A DNA stretch of 64,000 nucleotides from Clostridia bacterium. GTDB taxonomy: Bacteria > Bacillota > Clostridia > UBA1212 > DUPL01. Below, one piece after another: positions 56,962-64,000 of this stretch (its first letter is position 1; every line of letters starts with the position of its first letter). The notes beneath the pieces were generated by a model. The model had not been told where the DNA came from and did not search any database. It saw only the letters and a list, made by a program, of their open reading frames with translations. The DNA is taken from contig JBMNIW010000009.1 in assembly GCA_050951325.1 (NCBI GenBank), positions 30,848 through 94,847 on the forward strand, written 5' to 3'. A program made the position numbers and the translations under genes.

Positions 56962-59391
56962 TCAACTGTTTTTATCATACCTTTTTCTGAAATAATCAGC
57001 CGTTCTGTAATCAATGATATCCTTCATGTGTTTCGCAAAAGCTTGCAACGTTGTCAGTTCCTCCAATTGACTGTTTAGTGAAATCAAATACCCTTCCTTC
57101 TCTGCAAAAAATCCATTTCCGGATTTAATGAGATAAAATATTGGATTTCTAAGCGCTTCCTTTATGTATCTATCCTTGTTCCAAGCAGTAAAATCCCTTG
57201 TTCTCTTGTCCCTGGCAAGATCCACCCATCTCGTGCCTTTTTCATAAAAACTTTTGTAACTTTTGTACACATCATCCTCAGTCAAATCCATTTTAGTGTT
57301 CCCGTCATTGTAAAAGGCAAGCAGAATTGGCATCTTGTACGACTTTGTCATGCTTGTTGTTTCCAGTGTATTAAGAAACTCCTTTCCAATACCACTGACA
57401 AGCATCTTCTCCTCTTCGCCAAGCTCACCCATTTTGTCCAAAAAAGCAAGAAAGTCCCTGAACGGATTCACTTTTGAATTATTCATGCATAGAGTGTATA
57501 CATCTCCATCCATGTTTGTGAAAAACTCCATCCTGGACAACTTGTCCCGACCTGTTAATCCTTTGACTCTCTCGTATTCGAGAATAATCCTGTCTTCAAT
57601 ACCAATTTCCCGCCTTGACATTTCCCTAATCAAATCAATAATTTTAAGATCAAAATTGACAAAGCAGCCTTGCGGATACTCAAGCTTATGTTCCACAAGG
57701 CCTGTTAGTGCAATTTCCTTATCATATTTCTGTCCGCTCAGCAAAAAAGGCACTTTCCCACAAAGAGCATAATTGCCAATAAAATCAAGGACGGTTAAAT
57801 ACTCTTTTCCCTCACTCTTTCTAAGCCCCCTGCCAAGCTGCTGCAAAAAAACGACAGGAGACTCCGTCGGCCTCAAAAACATGACCATGTCTATTGAGCA
57901 AATATCAACACCCTCATTAAACATGTCTACGGAAAAGACAACGCTTATCTCACCCTTTTCAAGCTTTTCCATTGCTGCATACCTGTCCTCAGAGTACTCA
58001 CCATTGCCATTACTGTATACAGCAACAGACGCAGTCCCCCTTTTGTTGAATTGCTTTGCCATTTCCTCGGCATGTTTTCTTGTACTGCAAAAACCCATAG
58101 CCCTTATGGAATTATGCTTCTTGTAGTGCCCATATATCAAATCATACCGTCTTTCAACCAAAAGCTTGTCTTCCAGTTCTTCCGCCACGTATCTGCCATT
58201 TGCAATCCTGATGGTGGAATAATCAACCGTATCATCATAAATCCCATAATATCGAAAAGGCACGAGATATCCTTTGTTTATGGCATCCTTCAAACCAATT
58301 TCATATGGCACATTGTAATCACACAAGGCATATATGCTTCTTCCATCCATTCTTTCAGGAGTAGCTGTCAAACCCAAAAGAAACTTAGGTTTGAAGTATT
58401 CAAGAATATTCATGTACAAATTTGCTACAGCATGATGAAACTCGTCGATAATAATATAGTCAAAATAGGTGGGTGAATAGAATTTTTCATTCAAATAATT
58501 TTTCCTTCCCAAACTGTAAACCGAAGCAAAAACAACATTTCGATCGCAATCCTTGATTTTTGAGTTGAAAAAGCCAAAATCCTCCTCATTCCTTACATTC
58601 CTAAAACTCTCATATGCCTGTCTTAATATCTCTTCCCTATGGGCAACAAACAACACCCTTTTGAAGCTGAGCGAATCAAAGGCCGCAAGATATGTTTTTC
58701 CAACACCTGTAGCTGCATGAATTAAAGCCTTGTCCGCCCCCTCTTCTCTTGTTGCTTTTAGGGCATACAAGGCTTCAATCTGTGCTCCTCTCGGCACATA
58801 CTCTCTGGTTTTCTTTTCGTTCTTTTCCAATTCCCCAATTATCAATGGCCTTTTCCAATTCCTTGAGTACTCTCTAAGTACTTCATCATCAACAATTATT
58901 GAGTGATTGTAAAATAGATTTTCGAATTCCTTTACAAACTCGTCAAAACTCTCTTTATCCACACTTTCAGAAAGCCTGTAATTCCACTCTACACCATCGG
59001 TTAATGCACTGATACTAAGATTGGAAGAACCAATATACAGCTCACTGTCTTTTCTTTTGTGAAATATGTATGTTTTGGGATGAAATGAACGCCTTTTGTC
59101 ATTGTACATCCGCAAATCAAGATTACCCCCAAGCTCTCCCTTCAACAAATACAACGCCCCAGGCTCTGTAATCCCCAGGTAGTCTCCAGTAAGAATACGT
59201 ACCTTTACACCTTTTTGAACAATACTCTTCAAATCTGTCAAAAGAAGCCTGACCCCGGATTCCATGACAAAAGAGACGATTATGTCAACCCTGTCAGCTG
59301 AATCAAGGCTTTTTACGAGATGCTTTTCCATGGTGTTTTCAGTGTTTGTAACAACCTTTACTTCCTCTTTTTCAAAATACAATTCAGCCAT
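56962..59391 (-). CDS. PLD-nuclease + SF2 helicase protein (SauUSI-like architecture, different C-terminal domain)
   Basis: FHPKTYIF..IGSSNLS..EWN (PLD); ATGVGKT, AHREEIL, DEFHH, LTATPER, VDMFNEGVD, RPTES, QQLGRGLR; C-terminal TSMTKSYKMPILLAF. Confidence 0.88.
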   Translation of the reverse strand: MAELYFEKEEVKVVTNTENTMEKHLVKSLDSADRVDIIVSFVMESGVRLLLTDLKSIVQKGVKVRILTGDYLGITEPGALYLLKGELGGNLDLRMYNDKRRSFHPKTYIFHKRKDSELYIGSSNLSISALTDGVEWNYRLSESVDKESFDEFVKEFENLFYNHSIIVDDEVLREYSRNWKRPLIIGELEKNEKKTREYVPRGAQIEALYALKATREEGADKALIHAATGVGKTYLAAFDSLSFKRVLFVAHREEILRQAYESFRNVRNEEDFGFFNSKIKDCDRNVVFASVYSLGRKNYLNEKFYSPTYFDYIIIDEFHHAVANLYMNILEYFKPKFLLGLTATPERMDGRSIYALCDYNVPYEIGLKDAINKGYLVPFRYYGIYDDTVDYSTIRIANGRYVAEELEDKLLVERRYDLIYGHYKKHNSIRAMGFCSTRKHAEEMAKQFNKRGTASVAVYSNGNGEYSEDRYAAMEKLEKGEISVVFSVDMFNEGVDICSIDMVMFLRPTESPVVFLQQLGRGLRKSEGKEYLTVLDFIGNYALCGKVPFLLSGQKYDKEIALTGLVEHKLEYPQGCFVNFDLKIIDLIREMSRREIGIEDRIILEYERVKGLTGRDKLSRMEFFTNMDGDVYTLCMNNSKVNPFRDFLAFLDKMGELGEEEKMLVSGIGKEFLNTLETTSMTKSYKMPILLAFYNDGNTKMDLTEDDVYKSYKSFYEKGTRWVDLARDKRTRDFTAWNKDRYIKEALRNPIFYLIKSGNGFFAEKEGYLISLNSQLEELTTLQAFAKHMKDIIDYRTADYFRKRYDKNS

Positions 59392-59963
59392 TTTTCATCT
59401 TTCCTGTCCGGCCGTACATCCTGGGTAGTCCACATTTCCATAACAACAAATAAAGGGACATCACAAAGCAGCCTGTTTATTCTATCCTCATTCATATTGG
59501 TAAACCATCTTCCATTACGCATTCCTTCGAAATCCCCATATTTAAAGGACAAGTACAATACACCGTCATCTTTCAATGCTTCATACAACTTTTGCAATAT
59601 GGCAACCATGCTTTCATACGGAACATGCAGTATGGACGCACATGCCCATATGCCATCATACTTGTCTTTTTCCTCAAGCTCATGGAAATACATGTGTCTT
59701 ACCTCAATACCGGTCAATCTGGATGCAATCCTGCACATCTCAGCCGAACCGTCAACAGCATCCAATAAATAACCTTTTTCCAAAAAGTATTTTGTATCCC
59801 TTCCCGAGCCACAGCCAAAGTCAAGTATGTATGCATTTTCTTCGAGGTATGAAAGAAACCTGTCAAGAAGAGTGCTCATATCCCCGGATACGGTATCAGT
59901 ATAAAAATCTTTGGCATTTTGGTTGTAATATTGAATTGTTGCATCAATGTTTGACATATTCAT
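59358..59963 (-). CDS. Class I SAM-dependent methyltransferase (small-molecule/TehB-like)
   Basis: ILDFGCGSGRD, DGIWACASILH, LYLSFKYG, DVRP.R..KWLN; overlaps helicase start by 34 nt. Confidence 0.85.
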   Translation of the reverse strand: MNMSNIDATIQYYNQNAKDFYTDTVSGDMSTLLDRFLSYLEENAYILDFGCGSGRDTKYFLEKGYLLDAVDGSAEMCRIASRLTGIEVRHMYFHELEEKDKYDGIWACASILHVPYESMVAILQKLYEALKDDGVLYLSFKYGDFEGMRNGRWFTNMNEDRINRLLCDVPLFVVMEMWTTQDVRPDRKDEKWLNCILKKRK

Positions 59964-60024
59964 ATTCGAACCTCGCATCCATATTCCTGGAAATTATATC
60001 ACACAAACAGAGCAAATAAAAGCT

Positions 60025-60053
60025 TTGACATTTCTTTATTAATTCAATAATAT
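60025..60053 (+). promoter_or_regulatory. Promoter of GH38 gene
   Basis: TTGACA, 17 bp, TAATAT. Confidence 0.6.
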
Positions 60054-60081
60054 TAGTTCAAAGAATAAGGAGGAAGATGGC

Positions 60082-62902
60082 ATGAACATATTTGATAAAA
60101 TTACGTATTTGCAGGAAAAATCCCATGGTTATCACGCAATCAGGGCGACAACTCAGCTAAGATATGCATATCGCATTTCTGAAGTCAATGATTTTAAATA
60201 CAACGACATAGTCTTAAAAGCCGCTGACGTACTTTTGGGAGATTTAAACATAAATGGTTCAATTACGAAAAATGCTGCAAAAGAATGTGAAGACATTCTT
60301 TCGGTTTTATCAGAAGAAGCTAAAAAATACACAATGATTTGCATTGCCCATGCCCACATAGACATGAACTGGATGTGGAGCTATAACGAGACAGTGGCCA
60401 TTACTTTGGATACTTTCCGTACAATGCTGAAAATGCTTAGAGAATATCCCCAGTTCACTTTCTCCCAGTCCCAGGCTTCCACATACAAGATTGTGGAAAA
60501 ACATGACCCTGAGATGTTTGAGGAAATAAAGGAAATGGTAAAGATGGGAAGATGGGAAGTCACCGCATCCACCTGGGTTGAAGGCGACAAGAATATGACC
60601 AGCGGTGAAAGCCAGGCAAGACATATCCTTTACACAAAGAAATACTTCAAAGAGAAATTTGGAATTCCGTTTGATTCAATTCTTCTTGATTATGAACCCG
60701 ACACCTTCGGACACAACGCCCAGGTTCCTGAAATACTTGAAAAAGGCGGAATCAAATACTACTACCACTGCAGAGGCAGCGAATCCCACTGCATCTACAA
60801 CTGGAAGAGTCCATCAGGAGCAAGTGTGCTTGTCTTCAGGGAACCCGACTGGTACAACACCATAATAACTTATGATTATGCAGACTACCTGCCCTCCTTC
60901 TGCAAAGAACACGACATTGACAGATTGATAAGGGTTTACGGTGTTGGAGACCATGGCGGTGGTCCTACAAGAAGAGACATAGAGCGCTTGATAGACATGA
61001 GTACATGGCCATGCTATGCAAAAATAGAGTTTGGCTCCTACCGCACCTTCTTTGAATATCTGGAAACAAAAAGAGAAAACTTCCCGACTGTGGAAGGTGA
61101 ACTCAACTTCGTATTCACAGGATGCTACAGTTCCGAATCCAGAATCAAAATGGCCAACAGAATGGCGGAAGACAGTCTGAATACAGCAGAAACCTTGACT
61201 GCACTTGCCAATGCGTTTGCCAACGGAAAACCCTACACAAAAGGTTACACAAAAGCATGGATAAAAACTCTCTTCAATCATTTCCATGACATTCTGCCCG
61301 GTTCTGGCATAAGGGAAACAAGGGAGCATGCACTGGCATACCTGCAGGAAGTATTGGGCTACACTTATGCAGGCAGGTCAAAATCACTGATTGCCTTTGC
61401 CGAAAGCATTGACACATCATCCATAAAAACAGAGGACGACAAGGAATCTTTTGCAGATGGTGCCGGCATGGGATTCAAGGGTGTTGCCCAGCAAAACTCC
61501 GCACTAGTCAGAGGCCTTGAAACCCAAATTGTCAACACTGGCTGCGGAAAAACAAGAATATTCCACATATTCAACACTACCGCCTATGACAGGTCCGAAG
61601 CCTTGGAATTCCCGATTTGGGATTACCCAGGAAAGCTAGAGAAACTTGAGATAAAGGATGCGGACGGCAATGACGTTCCATTTTACATAAGCAAAGGTGG
61701 CGGCGGATTCTGGGCACACACATGCGTTAATATAACTGCTTTTGTAACAGTGCCAGCCTTTGGCTATATTACACTTATAGCAAGGGAAGGAGAAAGCAAA
61801 CATCTGCCATATATCATGTACTTCTGGAATCCGAGAGTTGAATACTATCAGGATTTCGTTCTTGAGAATGATAGAATTGTTGCAAGATTTGACAGAAGCA
61901 TGCAGCTTGTATCCTTGGTTGACAAAAAGACAAACAAGGAAATGATAAACGAAAAAAGCGGATTCTTCAGCCTTTGCTGGCAAAACCACAAATTGCCTAC
62001 TGTGACAACCGGCAATGCCTGGGTGGAAGGATATGTGCTTAAAGAGCAAAACATAAACGAGAATTACCCCGTTTTTGTCACGGAGATGAACAACGGCAAT
62101 GACATAAGAAAGTATATCTGCTATGAGATGGATTTTGGAAAATCCAAAATCAGCGCAACTGTAAGTCTGGACAGAAACAGCACTGTACTCAAGTACAAGG
62201 TGGATGCAGACTGGCATGAAATCTTCACCAGCGAAGAAGGAATCCCCGCCCTTAAATTCCATCCTGCCTTTTGGTTTTGAGGTGAATGAGTATGAGTATG
62301 AGATAGCTTTTGGTACAGTCAAAAGAAGTGCGCATAATCACGATGTGCCCTCCATTGGTTTTGGTGCTGTGCATGACAAGGAGTCAAACAGAAGCCTCAT
62401 CCTAATGACAGACAGCATCTATGCATACAGGGGCGAAAACAACTCCTTCAGCCTTACTCTGCTTCGTGCATCCCAGTCCCCCGACATGTATCCGGAATAT
62501 GGAATGCACTCATACAACATAGGGATTGGAATATGCGACAAGGACGAATACTTCAGGTATTCAGACACATTCAACTACCCGCTTTACTTCATAACCAACA
62601 CTTCCCACAAAGGAAGCCTGCCTCTTAAAAACAGCTTTATATCCACAAGCAAGAACATTGCAGTGTCTACACTGAAAACGTCAGAAGATGAAAATGGATT
62701 TATCGTAAGAGTGTTCGACATATCCAAAAACGGCGGCATGGCTTTTATTCAGATTAATGCAGATTTTGAAGTAACGGCGGTAGATAATCTGGAAAGACCT
62801 ATAGACAAGGAAGTATCAAGAGATGGCAGCAGGGTTTTGGTAAACCTAAGCCCCTGCGAGACAATTGCTCTGAAAGTAACTTTAAACAAAGGAGTTGTTT
62901 AG
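60082..62902 (+). CDS. Alpha-mannosidase (GH38), +1 frameshift near 62259 (about 939 aa if repaired)
   Basis: HAHIDMNWMW, PDTFGH, YGVGDHGGGP, HFHDILPGS; second ORF 62204-62902 supplies YEIAFG..R, LTLLRA, LK.SED. Confidence 0.88.
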
Positions 62903-62903
62903 C

Positions 62904-63098
62904 ATGTCTTTTTTAGGTGTTGTTTTTGTATTGGTGATTTCGATTATGGTGCTGGCTATAAATTTTCTTCCATCATTTATAGCTTTCATAAGAAAACACC
63001 CTAACCGAATCCCAATACTTGTAGTAAACGCACTGATTCCAATACTTGGTTTTTTGATTGCATTTTTATGGACGTTTGCTGATGTACAAACGGAATAA
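62904..63098 (+). CDS. Superinfection-immunity (T4 Imm-like) small membrane protein
   Basis: FLPSFIAFIRKHPNRIPILVVN..G.LIAFLW resembles Imm_superinfect pattern; ATG 62904 behind AAGGAG. Confidence 0.7.
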   Translation: MSFLGVVFVLVISIMVLAINFLPSFIAFIRKHPNRIPILVVNALIPILGFLIAFLWTFADVQTE

Positions 63099-63117
63099 TA
63101 ATTAAGGAGATGATGAT

Positions 63118-63333
63118 TTGATACTTACCAACATTTATCAAGTACTGTTCAGTTTGCTTGGCACATTAGTTGTCATATTGACTGCAGTTATAAATTTCAT
63201 ACCCAGCATCATTGCCTTTAAGAAAAACCATCCTGACAAGGTAATGATACTCATAATCAATGCGTTGATACCTGTTGCAGGCTTCATAATTGCATTGATA
63301 CTGGTTTTTGTAAGAAAGGAAGACAGGAAATAA
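63118..63333 (+). CDS. Second Imm-like small membrane protein (tandem paralogue)
   Basis: FIPSIIAFKKNHPDKVMILIINALIPVAGFIIAL; TTG start behind AAGGAG. Confidence 0.68.
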   Translation: MILTNIYQVLFSLLGTLVVILTAVINFIPSIIAFKKNHPDKVMILIINALIPVAGFIIALILVFVRKEDRK

Positions 63334-63334
63334 A

Positions 63335-64000
63335 TCAGCTATCCTTTATTTCCTTGTACGCTTCCTCCGCCATGTATGAACTTCGTACCAAGGGTCCTGA
63401 GGCTACATACCTAAACCCAAGCTCCAGGGCTCTTTTTTTATACTCCTCAAACAAATCAGGATGAACATACTCATAAACCGGAAGATGCTCCTTTGACGGC
63501 GACAGATACTGACCTATGGTTAAAATGTCACAGTCAACCTCTCTCAAATTCTTAAAAACATCTACAACTTCTTCAAAAGTCTCCCCAAGGCCCACCATGA
63601 TACCTGACTTGGTCACAATACCCTCGGAATGCTCTTTTACTCTTCCAACAAGCTCCAACGAACGCTGGTAATCAGCCATGGGTCTTACCATGGGATACAG
63701 CCTGGGTACCGTCTCCACATTGTGATTTATAATATCGGGGCGGGCATCAATTACAGTCTTTAATGACTCCAGTTGGCCGCCAAAATCCGGAATCAGCACT
63801 TCAACAATTACGCTATCACCCACCTTTTCCCTTATGGCATGAATGACTTTGGCAAAATGACCGCTGCCGCCATCCACAAGGTCATCCCTTGAAACCGAAG
63901 TAACAACCACATGTTTAAGACCCAGATTTTTCACAGCCATTGCTATGTTAACAGGCTCATTCTCATCAACCTCGCAAGGTAATGCCTTTGTAACATTGCA
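63335..64000 (-). CDS. lipA: Lipoyl synthase (5' part beyond window)
   Basis: [52 protein letters not shown]; frame open to window end. Confidence 0.95.
   Translation of the reverse strand, partial: CNVTKALPCEVDENEPVNIAMAVKNLGLKHVVVTSVSRDDLVDGGSGHFAKVIHAIREKVGDSVIVEVLIPDFGGQLESLKTVIDARPDIINHNVETVPRLYPMVRPMADYQRSLELVGRVKEHSEGIVTKSGIMVGLGETFEEVVDVFKNLREVDCDILTIGQYLSPSKEHLPVYEYVHPDLFEEYKKRALELGFRYVASGPLVRSSYMAEEAYKEIKDS

Noticed and set aside
1-64000. CRISPR array, rRNA, IS element or prophage
   Set aside because: No repeat-spacer arrays, transposases or phage structural genes seen by eye

Overview
Chromosomal window from a low-GC Firmicute, most likely a Clostridia-class anaerobe (sigmaA promoters, CtsR boxes, PyrR attenuator, TmcAL, TrmFO, RNase J, CotF-like and RACo genes). 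Housekeeping blocks: a CtsR-boxed hsp20 pair, pyrR-B-C-F-K-D-E, nrdR / mini-comM-dprA-topA-trmFO, tRNA-Gln-rnj, coaX-panT with pan-type RNA hairpins, alaS-hit, purE-M-N-H-D and lipA. Four candidate anti-phage loci lie between them with no visible prophage or ICE: (1) a Shango-type TerB_N/TerB_C + DUF2791 ATPase + Lhr helicase module whose SngA has a triplicated ~350-aa unit and appears co-transcribed with a GH78 and an amidase lipoprotein; (2) a DpnII-type GATC R-M locus with a third methyltransferase; (3) an overlapping SAM-methyltransferase + PLD-nuclease/SF2-helicase pair; (4) two tandem Imm-like membrane proteins. Other oddities: a solitary large serine recombinase preceded by an unannotated 29-aa ORF in a structured leader, and an internally deleted, ATPase-dead ComM homologue. 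Five single-base indels at short G/C runs (pyrC twice, sngA, dpnII, GH38) most likely reflect sequencing or assembly error. All family calls are from recognised motifs, not database searches.
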